Shown here: positions 49,900 to 63,570 of the stretch, piece by piece
Numbering within the stretch: position 1 is the first letter of the stretch
Layout of the letters: every line of letters starts with the position of its first letter
Assembly (NCBI RefSeq): GCF_006345805.1
Contig: NC_043011.1
Location: forward strand, 20,596,464 to 20,660,463
DNA length: 64,000 nucleotides
Direction of reading: 5' to 3'
Source of the DNA: Octopus sinensis
Taxonomy: Eukaryota
Notes under the pieces: generated by a model
Told to the model about the DNA's origin: nothing
Databases searched by the model: none
Seen by the model: only the letters and a program-made list of their open reading frames with translations
Program-made: the position numbers and the translations under genes

Positions 49900-50520
49900 A
49901 ACAACAGAAAAATTGCTCCTAATTGAAATATCAGTACCAATAGATGATAACATGTTGTGAGAAGAAATGGAGGATTATCCAAATAGATAAATTTGAAAAT
50001 AGCAATAATCAGAATGTGTTGGAGGAATTGAAGACAGAAATAATCCTTATAATAATAACAGCTACTCAATGAATGATTATAAAAGCATCCCTCTTGAATC
50101 TTGTAAACTTATAAGGGCTTGTTTCCCAGTTTTTGTGATGTATATATATATATATGTGTATATGTTTCCCCTGAATGGGACGCTGGTCTGTTGCAGGATA
50201 ACTCATTTTTGCCAGCTGATTGGACTGGAGCAACGTGAAATGAAGTGTTTTGCTCAAGAACATAAAACACTGCCCAGTCCAGGAATTGAAATTGCAATCT
50301 TACAATCATGAGTCCAACACCCTACCCACCAGGCCACATGACTGGTTATGCATAACCAAAACTCCAAGACATATATAACATTCATAAAATAGCATTACTA
50401 GGCGCTGCACATGTATTACATGAAATCCTCTCATAACAGCAGAAAAACACATAAACAAAACACTGCACGTAGCCAAGATGCACATGGCAACACCCAGTAA
50501 TACCTGCAATACAAATAAAC
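49900..50520 (+). mobile_element. Old RLE non-LTR remnant interrupted by SINE F
   Basis: LLIEISVPIDDN... then, after the SINE at ~50150-50330, HKIALLGAAHVLHEIL. A further fragment lies at ~48570-48665 (YKDLKTEIIRMW). Confidence 0.6.
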
Positions 50521-50687
50521 AATAAGAAATATTTCTGATATAAACCTCATAGCCTGAAATTTTGGGTGGGAAGGGGTTAGTTGATTAAGCAGACCACGGT
50601 ATTTGCCTGGTATTCAATGTTACTGACCAAAGATGAATGGCAAAGATGACCAGTTGACCTCAACAGGATTTGAACTCAGAACATATT

Positions 50688-50734
<47 letters not shown>

Positions 50735-50742
<8 letters not shown>

Positions 50743-51110
50743 CCGTTTAGCATCTGCTTTCTATGCTAGCATGGGTTGGACAATTTGACTGAGGAGTGGC
50801 AAACGAGATGGCTGCACCAGGCTCCAATCTGATCTGGCAGAGTTTCTACAGCTGGATGCCCTTCCTAATGCCAACCACTCCGAAAAAATAGTGGGTGCTT
50901 TTAAGTGCCACCGGCACGAGGGCCAGTCAGGCGGTACTGGCAACAGCCACGCTCAAATGGTGTTTTTTACATGCCACCTGCACAGGTACCAGTCCAGCAG
51001 CACTGGCAACGACCTCGCTCGAATGTTTTTTTATGTGGCCAGTCAGGCGGTACTGGCAACAGCCATGCTCAAATGGGTTTTTTTTACGTGCTACCTGCAC
51101 AAGGGTCATA
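50735..51110 (-). mobile_element. Family D LINE 3' UTR with internal ~55-60-bp tandem repeats
   Basis: GCCAGTCAGGCGGTACTGGCAACAGCCA and related units recur between 50920 and 51100. Confidence 0.75.
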
Positions 51111-51167
51111 ACTAAATATCACAAAGCATTTTGTCCAACTCTCTAATGAGTCTGATAATTCACCATA

Positions 51168-51198
<31 letters not shown>

Positions 51199-52345
51199 CA
51201 ATAATTGTTTCCAGCTTAGGTACAAGGCCAGAAATTTTGAAGTAGTCCACTTTGTTGGGTGGTTGGTGTTAGGAAGGGCATCCAGCCATAAAAACCATGC
51301 CAAAACAGACTCAGAAACCTGGTGCAGTCATCTGCCTGGCCAGCTCCTGTCAAACTGTCCAACACATGGAAGGCAGACATTAGATGAGGATGAGGATGAT
51401 GACCATGATCATGATGATGATGATGTACTCAGTTATATCAGCCTCAGTATTTGATTGGTACTTTATTTTGTCGAACCTCAAAAGGACAAAAAGCAAAGGT
51501 TGTCAATAGTGGGATTTGAACTCAAAACACAAAGGTCTGTAAGAAATATTTCATGGCAGTTTGTCCGATGATCTAATGACTCCAAGTTTACTACCTTATT
51601 GTAATATACCCAAAAACCAAAAACAAACAAACAAAATTATTTTCCCATGAGGTCAAGTTAGAACACACCAATCACTTACATTCATGTAGTGTAGGGAAAA
51701 GATACATTGAAATGAATTCACACACACACACATACACACACACATATATATATACATATATATATATTTATATGATTACAGGGTATTGTTTTATCAATTA
51801 TGGAAAGATGAATAGCAAAGTCAAACCAAGCAGGATTTGAACTCGTAATGAAGAAGGGACATAACTCACTAACACGTGACATTCTGACTTGTGTTCAACC
51901 AGTTCTGCAATGCTACCGCCATATTAGTGATAGTAATAATTATAATACTAATGTTAACGATTTTTCTCACTCTCTCTGTCTCATCCCACTTCTGTTTACA
52001 ATACTATAAAATATATATATATGTGTGTGAATGGAAACAAAATGACATATGTATATGTTCATGTATATATGTACACACACATATATACATCTGTACATGT
52101 ATATATTTGAATGTATACATATGTACATGCATATGTATAAAAATATATATATATATGTATTATATATCAATGTCATCATCGTTGTCATCATTTTAACACC
52201 ATTCCATGCTTATTAGCATGGCATGGGACATTTTAAGGCAGTGTTTTATGGCCAGGCATCTTTGCCGATGCAAATCTTGCCAGTTGCCTCTTATGACCCT
52301 TAGGGATGGATGTGATGTACCCAATCTAAAAATCTAGGACACACA

Positions 52346-52386
<41 letters not shown>

Positions 52387-52459
52387 TAGATAGATAAATT
52401 GATAGATAGATAGACAGACAGACAGATAGATAGATAGACAGACAGACAGACAAACAGAC

Positions 52460-52528
<69 letters not shown>

Positions 52529-52549
52529 GATAAAAAAATAGATAGATAA

Positions 52550-52602
<53 letters not shown>

Positions 52603-52797
52603 CAGAGAGATAGAGACACACACACAGCCAGACACACACACACACAGAGCCAGACACACAAGCAGACAGATGTAGATATAGATATATCATCTAACGTTTT
52701 GTTCTGAAACATACATGTATTGAGTTCTACATCAGGTTTTAGTCACACAATACCTAAGCAATATATTAAAATACATACACATATATACATGTATGTA

Positions 52798-52836
<39 letters not shown>

Positions 52837-52859
52837 CATATATAAATACATATATACAC

Positions 52860-52899
<40 letters not shown>

Positions 52900-52927
52900 T
52901 ATACATATAATATATATATACACACAC

Positions 52928-52966
<39 letters not shown>

Positions 52967-53016
52967 TATATATATATATATGCATACATATATATATATA
53001 TATATATATGTATATA

Positions 53017-53193
53017 CACTACCGTACCTGGGGGAGGGGGCCACAGGGGCAGTCCGTCCTGGGTGGCACTTTTAAAGGGGCACCACTTTTGGGTCTGTTG
53101 GGTCTGCTGTAGGCAATATGTGTTTTTTGTAGGGTCCGGGGGCGGCAAATGGAAGGGTCACTCTGGGCATCACACACTCTAGCTACTCTAGTG
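53017..53193. mobile_element. GC-rich MITE-like insertion in a (TA)n array
   Basis: Imperfect TIRs CACTACCGTACCTGG / CTAGCTACTCTAGTG; abrupt GC contrast with the flanks. Confidence 0.45.
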
Positions 53194-53205
53194 CATATAT
53201 ATATA

Positions 53206-53254
<49 letters not shown>

Positions 53255-53497
53255 GCATATACATATGTGTATGTGTGTGTGTGTATGTGCTTGTGTGTGT
53301 GTGTGTGTGTGTGCATGCGTGTGTGTGTATGTGAGTGTTTGTGCGTATGTCTTTATGTTATCAATATACATGTATTTTACGTGCACACACAGATGTATGC
53401 GATCATTTATGCATTTATAATTAACCAATACTAATCACCACAAAGATAGGGTGATTCCGACATTTTCCCTCAACACACATCCGAACACCCAGACGTG

Positions 53498-53528
<31 letters not shown>

Positions 53529-53748
53529 GTTCCAGCCCAGTGCTTGTAATTCAACAGGCAAGCTCTAGTTGACCTAGAGGGTCCTTTTGAGATAGAGCAA
53601 GACACCACGACTATAACGAAAATAATAATTTCTCCTGCTGGCATGATGCCGATGTCAGACGATATAGAGAAGGAATACAGTAGCTTTTATCAACTGTCCC
53701 TCAGTCAATTACTGGTTCTTATGTTATGGAACACTGACCCCTACCACC

Positions 53749-53979
53749 TATTTCTTTAGTACCCACAAGGGGCTAAACATAGAGGGGACAAACAAGGACA
53801 GACATAGGTATTAAGTCGATTATATCGACCCCAGTGCGTAACTGGTACTTAATTTATCGACACCGAAAGGATGAAAGGCAAAGTCAACCTCGGCGAAATT
53901 CGAACTCACAACGTAACGACAGACGAAATACCGCTAGGCATTTCGCCCGGCACGCTAACGTTTCTGCCAGCTTGCCGCC
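53749..53979 (-). mobile_element. tRNA-derived SINE, family A
   Basis: 14-bp TSD TGACCCCTACCACC. Confidence 0.92.
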
Positions 53980-54435
53980 TGACCCCTACCACCACCACCA
54001 CCACCACCACAGAGTAAGTCAAAACGATCACACTGCGGTTGAGTCGACTCAGGAACATAAAGGGACGTAACTAAATACCAAATAAGGCATCTAGTCCAGT
54101 GCTCACTGCACCTTAATAATGCTGCTAGTAATAATAATAATGTTAATAATAATAATAATAATGATAATAATAATAATAACAATAATAATAATAATAAGTT
54201 ATGTTGATGGTGAATGGGATGGCCATGGAAATTATGATAATGATGATGACGATGATGATGATGATGATGATGATGATGCTGATGCTGCCACTGATGATGA
54301 TGATGATGATGATGACGATCAACACAAAAAACAAAAACATTTTACATATATCTCCTGCATTGAATTGTATGGACTAACAACTAATATACACATATGCACA
54401 TTTGCACCCATATACACACATACATACATATATAA

Positions 54436-54478
<43 letters not shown>

Positions 54479-54481
54479 ATA

Positions 54482-54523
<42 letters not shown>

Positions 54524-54844
54524 GCACATACATGCATGCATATATAATCATGTATTTACACATATGTATATATAAATATGTCTATATAATACGATATTAT
54601 ATACATATTATATTCATGTGTGTGTGAGTGTACCTGCGCATGTGTGTGTGTGTGTGTGTCTGCATGCATGTGTGTGTATGTGTGTGTATAGACTGATAAA
54701 TCTGTATATTTTCTTTCATGGGAAGTGGAATGACAGTTGACAATTCTCATATTCTGCCAGATAAAACATAACAGAAATTATTGCCAAGAATCTTGTATAA
54801 AATAACTCCAAGACACAGTCTTTGGCAAAGTAACAGTGCTATTA

Positions 54845-54874
54845 ATAATGATAATAATGATGATGATGATGATG

Positions 54875-54933
<59 letters not shown>

Positions 54934-55233
54934 GATAATGATAATAATAATAATAATAATAATATTAATATTGACGAAGACAACAATGATGATGATGATA
55001 ATGATGATAATAGTAATAGTAGTAATAATAATAATAATAATAATAATAATATAATAATAATAATATTAATATTGACGAAGACAACGATGATGATGATGAT
55101 AATGATGATAATAGTAATAGTAATAATAATAATAATAATAACGATAATGATAATAATAATAATAATAATAATAATATTAATATTGACGAAGACAACAATG
55201 ATGATGATGATAATGATGATAATAGTAATAGTA

Positions 55234-55266
<33 letters not shown>

Positions 55267-55340
55267 TTAATATTGACGAAGACAACGATGATGATGATGA
55301 TAATGATGATAATAGTAATAGTAATAATAATAATAATAAC
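54845..55340. repeat. Higher-order repeat of AAT/GAT microsatellite, 4 units
   Basis: The anchor AATATTAATATTGACGAAGACAAC occurs four times. Confidence 0.9.
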
Positions 55341-56130
55341 TTTTAGAGAAATGTACATGCATTTGGAGCCTGAGACATCTTTCCAGTGGCTTACTAACTC
55401 CAGTCAAACCATCTGACCCATGCCAGCATGGAAAATGGACGTTAAATGATAATGGAAGTGATGGTAATAATGATGATGATGATGATGATGATGTACATAT
55501 ATATGTCATTATCTATCTATATATCTATATCAATATATATATACATATATAAACAACAAAATCACAAAAACTAGTTTATATATATGTATAGAGAGAGAGA
55601 GGAGCATGTATATGTATGCAAGTATTGTTGTTTATCCCTTGGGTTTGTAGACTGATCAGTCTTATGATCAAACATTCTGTTGTGCTGTACCCATTCCATC
55701 ATTATTTCCTGTTTTTGTCTTGGACTACATCATCCGATATATTCTGACCACTTTTTGTTTTGTGTTTTGTTTTGTTTTGTTTTCGTAAGATGATACAGTG
55801 CAGGAGGAAGATTTGAATGCTATTTCTAGCATGTTGCATAACCACATAAGGGACTCCCTCACGTGTCTGTATGTATGAGAATGTGGAAATGTGTGTCTGC
55901 GTCTGTGTGTGTCTGTGTGTGGTAACCACATACCCAAATCTAAAGGCAACTAGCTTTGCCTGGGTTTGTGGTGTGTTATAGATGTCACACATTCATACAT
56001 TATACTCTGTAATTCTTCTCATATAAGGGTATAAGGCTATTAGACACTTGTAGATTCTTGTATACAAGTGTGTACTGTAAATACAGGAATACACACACAC
56101 ATACACATATATATATATATATGTATATGC

Positions 56131-56172
<42 letters not shown>

Positions 56173-56184
56173 ACGTGTACATAT

Positions 56185-56243
<59 letters not shown>

Positions 56244-58228
56244 AGCCATGAACAGCCATCCTGAAGGAACCAACCCAAAACAACAAAATAACAAGAACTG
56301 ACACATTGGTTGTAACAAAATCACCGAAAAAAAAATAATTAATTAAATATTTTAAACAGTTTTTTACCTGAATGTTATATCTGGACATGGTACCCGCTGT
56401 ATTTTCAACATGACGGTCAAGTTTGTTATATTGGGACTGACCAATGGTGGCAAACAGCAGCAGCAACAACAGCAACAGCAACAACAACAGCAGCAGTAAC
56501 AACAACAACAACAGCAGCAGTAATAGTAGTTGTATTAATAATAGTAGTGGTAGTAGTAGTAGTTGTTGTTGATGATGGTGGTGGTGGTGGTGGTGGTGGT
56601 GGTGGGGTGGGGTGAAGGGTCCAGTCGGTCAGAGATGACAGTTGTGGATGATGTTGTATTTCCCCTTCACAACGACCAACAAACACTGTTTGTGTGTATG
56701 TGTGTATATATTTATATGTATGAGTTTGCGTAGTGTATGATGTGAATGTGTGGGCTTCTCCTGTGTTTTTTTTTATATATATGTATATACGTTTGATGTA
56801 ATTGTGTTCTTGTTGTTGTTGCTGTTGTTGTTGTCGTGGTCGTGGTCGTTGTTGTTGTTGTTGTTGTTGTTATATAGGGTCACTGCTGATGCTGGTTTGA
56901 ATATTTTGGCCATTGTTTAAATGTGTGAGAAGGGAAGAAGATAGCCAAGCCGAGCTTGGAGTAAAGCTACGGCATCCATTGTAGAGGAAAATGTATGGAG
57001 AGAGAGAGGAGAGAGAGAGAGTGAAAGGGTGAGAGGAGAGAAGAGGTAGAGAGAAGATGAGAGGGAGAGAGGAGAGAGAAGAGATGGAGAGAGGCAAAGA
57101 GAGAAGAGATGGAGGGGGAGAGAGAAGAGGAGAGGTAGAAAAGATGGATGAAAATAATGAGAAGTGGAAAGAGTGCAGTAGTATTGTGTATATTTTGTAT
57201 TTGAAAAGAGAGAATGAGAAAAAGACAGACAGACAGACAGACAAACAGCCAGCCAGACAGACAGAGAGACAGACAGACAGAGAGAAGGACAGAGAGAGAA
57301 ATGGTATAAAGACACAGGGAAGCAGAGAGAGGCAAAGAGAGTAAAGAAGCTATTTTAATTGCTCTTTCATTATTATCATTATTATTGTTTTTATTATTAT
57401 TATTATTTATTATTATTATTATTATTGTTGTTGTTGTTGTTGTTGTTGTTGTAGCTGTTGTTTTTATTTGTGAATGAATTATGCTGATAGAATGATGGAG
57501 GATGGAAAGACATCATGGTAATCCCTAGCAACAGGGCATTAAATGATTAATATTCATGGTATGATGAGTGATAATTGTGATAGCGATGATGATGATGATG
57601 GCGATGGTGGTGGTGTCAGTGGTGGTAGTGGTGGCGGTGGTGGTAGTAGTAGTAGTGGTTGTGGTGGTGGTGGTGGTGGTGGCGGCGGCGGCGATGACGA
57701 TTGCTGTGATGGTGATGGTGGTGGTGGTGGTGGTGGCGATGGAGGTGAATTGAGGAAGAAAGAGTGATAGAGGGAATATAAGAAAGGAGGGGGAGGAGAA
57801 AGCAGAAGAAGAAGAAGAAGAAGAAGAAGAAGAAGAGAAGAAGAAGAAGAAGAAGAAGAAGAAGAAGAAGAAGAAGAAGAAGAAGCGGGGTGGGTAAATA
57901 GATCAGGTGAGAAATTATGCAAGAGGTTTGGTAGGAAGGAGAGTGGAGTAGAGAGCAGAGTGGGAGAGAAAAGGGGAAAGAAGAAAGTGAGAGAGAGAGT
58001 ATTTTTGTCAGAAAGAGAGAGAGAAGAGAGTGAGAGAGAGAGTGTGAGAGAGGGAGTGAGAGAGATACAAAAGATGATGACATACAGATTGGGAAAAAGA
58101 GAAAGAGAGAGACAGAGAGAGAAATTATGGTAGACTGTCAAAAGTACTCACGTGTATACATACTACATATTTATGTATGTATGTTCCACACACTGACATA
58201 TACACACATGTATACATACACACACATA

Positions 58229-58315
<87 letters not shown>

Positions 58316-58316
58316 G

Positions 58317-58353
<37 letters not shown>

Positions 58354-58764
58354 GTATATATATTTACATACATATTAACACAAATATCTATATAAGTACA
58401 TATATTACGTATATATATATATATATATATGTTTGTATGTGTGTGTGTATATAATATATATGTGTATGTATATATGCATATATTTATATACTATTTATAT
58501 ATATGTATGTATATATTATGTATATATATACATATATGTACCATCATCTCTCTCTGTCCCTCTCTTTATCTTTTTGTATATATATATATATATTTATGTA
58601 TATATGTATATAGTATATATATATATATATATTATATATTATGTATATATATACATATATGTACCATCATCTCTCTCTGTCCCTCTCTTTATCTTTTTGT
58701 ATATATATATATATATATTTATGTATATATGTATATATGTATATATAATATATATATATATATT

Positions 58765-58820
<56 letters not shown>

Positions 58821-58980
58821 GGGGGCTGGATGTGAGTTTTTATAAGGATTCATACAAATTATTTGAAAGAAATGACTGGATGAAAGAGTGGGGGGGAGAG
58901 CGAGAGAGTGAGGGATGGTGAGAGGAAGAGAGATGAAAGAAATGCATCCAATAACAAGTATCTTTAAGTGAATAGAATAT

Positions 58981-59032
<52 letters not shown>

Positions 59033-59271
59033 ATTTCTCTGTCTCTCTTTCTCTCTCTTTCTCTCCTTCATTCTGTCTTATCTTCTTCATCTCATTAACA
59101 CACACACACACACACACTTATACACATGCATGCACACACAATTACATACATACCCGTCAGGCACACTTACATGCACACAAAGCATCCACAAACATACACA
59201 CTCACACACAAACATACACTCTCACACACTCATATGCATACTCACATACAATACACTCACGCTGACACTGT

Positions 59272-59302
<31 letters not shown>

Positions 59303-59574
59303 TAAGCACAACCCACATACATACACAATTACATTAAGCAACAACCTACACACATATACCTTACATCTAATTCCCACACATACATACATACACACACACA
59401 CATATTACACGCATACACATATAGACATAGAGCACCCACTAAGACACATACTGCACGCAACACTCAGTTACACTACAAATACACACGCAGAATTGTGGGC
59501 TGATTTCATCGATCAGTGAAGATAAGGTAGTATCTACATATTGTGTAAGACAGCAGTTCTGCAGCTGCAGCAGT

Positions 59575-59707
59575 AGCAGTTAGTAGTAGTAGTAGTAGTA
59601 GTAGTAGTAGGGGGGACATGGTGGTGTTATGGTGGTGGTGTTATGGTGGTGGTGTTATGGTGGTGGTGTTATGGTGGTGGTGGTATGATGGTGGTGGTAT
59701 GGTTGTG

Positions 59708-59741
<34 letters not shown>

Positions 59742-60156
59742 ATGGTGGTGGTTGTAGTAGTAGTAGTAGTTGGTTGCGGTTGTGGTGGTGGCAGCAGCAG
59801 CAGTAGCAGTAGCAGTAGTAGTAGTAGTAGTAGTGGTGGTGGTGGTGGTCGTGGTGGTGGTGGTGGTGGTGGTGGTAGTAGCAGTAGTAGTAGTAGTAGT
59901 ATAGTAGTAGTAGTAGTGGTGATGGTGGTGGTGGTGGTGGTGGTGGTGGTGGTAGTAGTAGTAGTAGTTAGTAGTAGTAGTAGTGGTGGTGGTGGGGTGG
60001 TGGTGGTGGTGGTGTGGTGGTGGTGTGGTGGTGGTGGTGGTGGTGGTGGGTGGTGGTGGTGGTGGTGGTTAGTAGTAGTAGTAGTAGTAGTAGTTGTAGT
60101 AGTAGTAGTAGTGGTGATGGTGGTGGTGTGGTGGTGGTGGTGGTGGTGGTAGTAGC

Positions 60157-60192
<36 letters not shown>

Positions 60193-60357
60193 GGTGTGGT
60201 GGTGGTGGTGGTGGTAGTGGTGGTGGTGGTGGTGGTGGTGGTGGTGGTGGTGGTGGTGGTGGTTAGTAGTAGTAGTAGTAGTAGTAGTAGTTGTAGTAGT
60301 AGTAGTAGTGGTGATGGTGGTGGTGGTGGTGGTGGTGGTGGTGGTGGTAGTAGTAGC

Positions 60358-60393
<36 letters not shown>

Positions 60394-60430
60394 GGTGGTG
60401 GTGGTGGTGGTGGTGGTGGTGGTGGTGGTG

Positions 60431-60462
<32 letters not shown>

Positions 60463-60480
60463 TATAATTCTAGTAGTAGC
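59575..60480. repeat. Compound (GGT)n/(AGT)n microsatellite with internal duplications
   Basis: Direct reading. Confidence 0.9.
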
Positions 60481-62166
60481 CACAGCAGCAGCAGCTCTTC
60501 CAATAGTGATTGTTTAGCCTCCTCAGGATAGTTCTCATCAAGCAGACGCTAAGATCAAAGACATTCCAACTCATCTCTCACACACACACACACCACACAC
60601 ACACACACAGTGGCACAAGTGTGTAAATATATATATCTCAAACATTGCCCAATGTCCTGTTTTATTTCTGTTTTGTTTGTTTTTTGTTTTTTTTGTTTTT
60701 TTTTCACTTAAAAAACAAAAATAAAAGGAGAAGGCTGTTATTTAAAGGAGATTTTGACTGCTATTTCTAGCAAATCGAATAATTTTTTTTTTTTTTGTTT
60801 TATATAGATTCCAAGTAGCAGCATCAGTCACACTCTGATAGCAGCAACAGCCGCTGTAGCAACAGCCGCTGTAGCAGCAGCAACAGCCCCGGCAGCGACT
60901 GTAGCAGTAAAAACAGCACTAGCAGAAGTGGGAGGAGGAGGAGGAGGAGGAGGATGAAGAGGAGAAGGAGGAGTGATAACAACATCAGTGCCATGCACAG
61001 CTACAACATCAGATAAAGGCTAGTAGTAAATTGGAAAATGCAACAAACACACACACACACACAAACATACGCATAGGTACTGCCATGTGTTTACTGAATG
61101 CCTGTGCTAGAAATTCTACTCAGTAATAAGACACACACCAGAGTGTGGCCATGCTGGGGCACCGGCTTGAACTTTTAGTCGAAGGAATCAACACCAGTAC
61201 CTATTGGTTTTTTTGTTTGTTTGTTTGTTTCGAGCCTGGTACTTATTCTGACGGACTTTATTTGCCAAACCTCTAAGTTATGGGGGATATAAACACACCG
61301 ACACCAGTTGTCAGGTGATGATGGGAGACAAACATAGATACAATGAGAGAGAGACACACACACACACATACATGTATGTATGTGTGTGTGTGTGGTGGGG
61401 TGTATGTATGTATGTATATCATATATATATATATATATATATATATGATTGGCTTCTTTTTAGTTTCTGTCTACCAAATCCACTAACAAACCTTTTGTCA
61501 GCCCTAGGCTATAGGTAGAAGACACCCAAAGTGGCATGCAATGGGGCTGAACCTAGAATCATGTGGTTGAGAAGCAAGTTTCTTACCACACAACCACACA
61601 CACACTCACACAAACACACACATATACACGTGCGTGCATGTGTGTGTGTGTGTATGACCATTGAATACTCATGAGTTCCTCTGCCCTTTGACTGGTTTTA
61701 TTTTTCATCCTGCATGGTGTCCAAAAATCACCCTCGTCACAAAGCAAGCTCAGTGAGGTTGCCAGTTTAGTCACCAATGACCCAACCATGCAACAGGTTG
61801 TATTGGGTTACATGTTACCTGCAGCATTTGAGAGTGATCAGTCATCCAACAATGTGTGTACATATGTATATATTGTTTTTATATATCTTACTTATATTCT
61901 GAAATTTCATATTTTCTTACATTTCTTTATGTATTTATTTACATGTATGGGGCAGATGGGGCCCCAAACATGCACATATTTACCTGTTTGTGTGTGTGAG
62001 TGTGTATTCTCAACCACATGGTCTTGAGTTCAATTCTACTCCATGGCACCATGAGTAAATATCTTCGACTATAGCTCTGGGCCAACCTTATGGTTAGATT
62101 TGATAGACAGTTACCAAAGATTTGGGCCAGGGCTATGGTAGAAACTGAAAAAAAAACCCTTGTTCA

Positions 62167-62342
62167 GGCGCAGGAGTGGCTGTGTGGTAAGTAGCTTGTT
62201 TACCAACCACATGGTTCCGGGTTCAGTCCCACTGCGTGGCACCTTGGGCAAGTGTCTTCTACTATAGCCTCGGGCCGACCAAAGCCTTGTGAGTGGATTT
62301 GGTAGACGGAAACTGAAAGAAGCCTGTCGCGTATATGTATAC

Positions 62343-62380
<38 letters not shown>

Positions 62381-62590
62381 TTCTGTGTCTGTGTTTGTCC
62401 CCTTAGCATTGCTTGACAACCGATGGTGGTGTGTTCATGTCCCCGTAATTTAGCGGTTCGACAAAAGAGACCGATAGAATAAGTACTGGGCTTACAAAGA
62501 ATAAGTCCCGGGGTCGAGTTGCTCGATTAAAAGGCGGTGCTCCAGCATGGCCGCAGTTAAATGACTGAAACAAGTAAAAGAGAGTAAAAG
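62167..62590 (+). mobile_element. tRNA-derived SINE, family B, full length
   Basis: GGCGCAGGAGTGGCTGTGTGG A-box, GGTTCAGTCCC B-box, internal (TA)(TG) microsatellite, AAGTAAAAGAG tail. Minus copies at ~38590-38970, 47400-47860, 61140-61590. Confidence 0.9.
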
Positions 62591-62699
62591 AAAAATGTGT
62601 GTGTGTGTGTGTGGATTACTGTATGGGGTGGATGGAACTCCTTAGCCACAGTGAAGGCAACACATCTGAGAGAAAGAAAACTCTGATATAAAACAAGGT

Positions 62700-63570
62700 A
62701 TGTGGTTGTTGATGGTCCTCTTAGTTGGTGTGCGCTATCAGCATCAACTTATGGGGCAGTCGGGGCTCTGTTGCTTTTGAGCAACTAGGCTAGGAGAAGG
62801 CTGTTCTGATCTCAAATCTGCAACCAATTTAGCATTTGACGCATGGCACACTATGCACCAGTACAAGTAAATATTTTTTTGGTGGAGAGAGTGTGAATTG
62901 TGCTGCACAAGCAATGACCACTATAAAAAAGAAACCATTTGCAGGTAGTTCAGTAAAATACCATCAGCAAATACCACCAACATGTTTTGTGCCCCCAAAA
63001 ATGCCTATGATGATGAAGGGATAGTGACGAGAATAGGTGAAGGGTGTCACTGGAAGTTCTTGGCTTGAACTTCACACACAGGTGGTGAAAGGTAAATGAC
63101 CACTTTGTACAACATCTGCAAGTAACTGTGTAATTCATGACCTCCTTTCACAACAAAACAGCCCTTTTTTAGGATGGTACTGGTTTCTTCCTATGGAGGA
63201 GGGGTAAAGAAAATGCTACTTAAAAATTGCCTATTCATATCATTCCTTGTCATTAGGTGCAAATGACTGGCCATACAAAACTCCACCAAAACATTAAGTG
63301 AATCTAAAACAAAAAGCCTTTTCGTTGCATCTTGGAATGTAAGAACTCTTCAGGACAGGTAGGAAAATGCAGAATGTAGGACTGCTTTGGTTGCCAGTGT
63401 CTTGAAGGGAAAAATATTGGAGTAGCAGCTCTTTTGGAAACTAGAGTAACTAACTGTGGATACACATTTTTCTGGATGGCTAAACCTCAGGAAGTAAAGA
63501 AAAAGGCAGGTGTTGGATTTACTATTCAGAATGACTTGGTGAAACTTCTCAAATCTCTGCCTGCTATACT
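62700..63570 (+). mobile_element. RTE LINE 5' region with decayed APE endonuclease start
   Basis: FVASWNVRTLQD...RTALVA...IGVAALLETR...GYTFFW...KAGVGFTI (63320-63560). The upstream part is a presumed 5' UTR. Confidence 0.8.

Noticed and set aside
50900-51110. Repeat-spacer-like pattern reminiscent of CRISPR
   Set aside because: Eukaryotic context; the 'spacers' are homologous to one another and lie in a LINE 3' UTR.
13714-53978. Recurring peptide MKGKVDLGGI / MRNWYLIYRP in several ORFs
   Set aside because: Antisense translation of SINE families A and E, not a gene family.
55795-55862. Protein-like DDTVQEEDLNAISSMLHNHIRDSL after a strong pyrimidine tract
   Set aside because: It overlaps the dispersed GATTTGACTGCTATTTCTAGC repeat motif, so it is repeat-derived.
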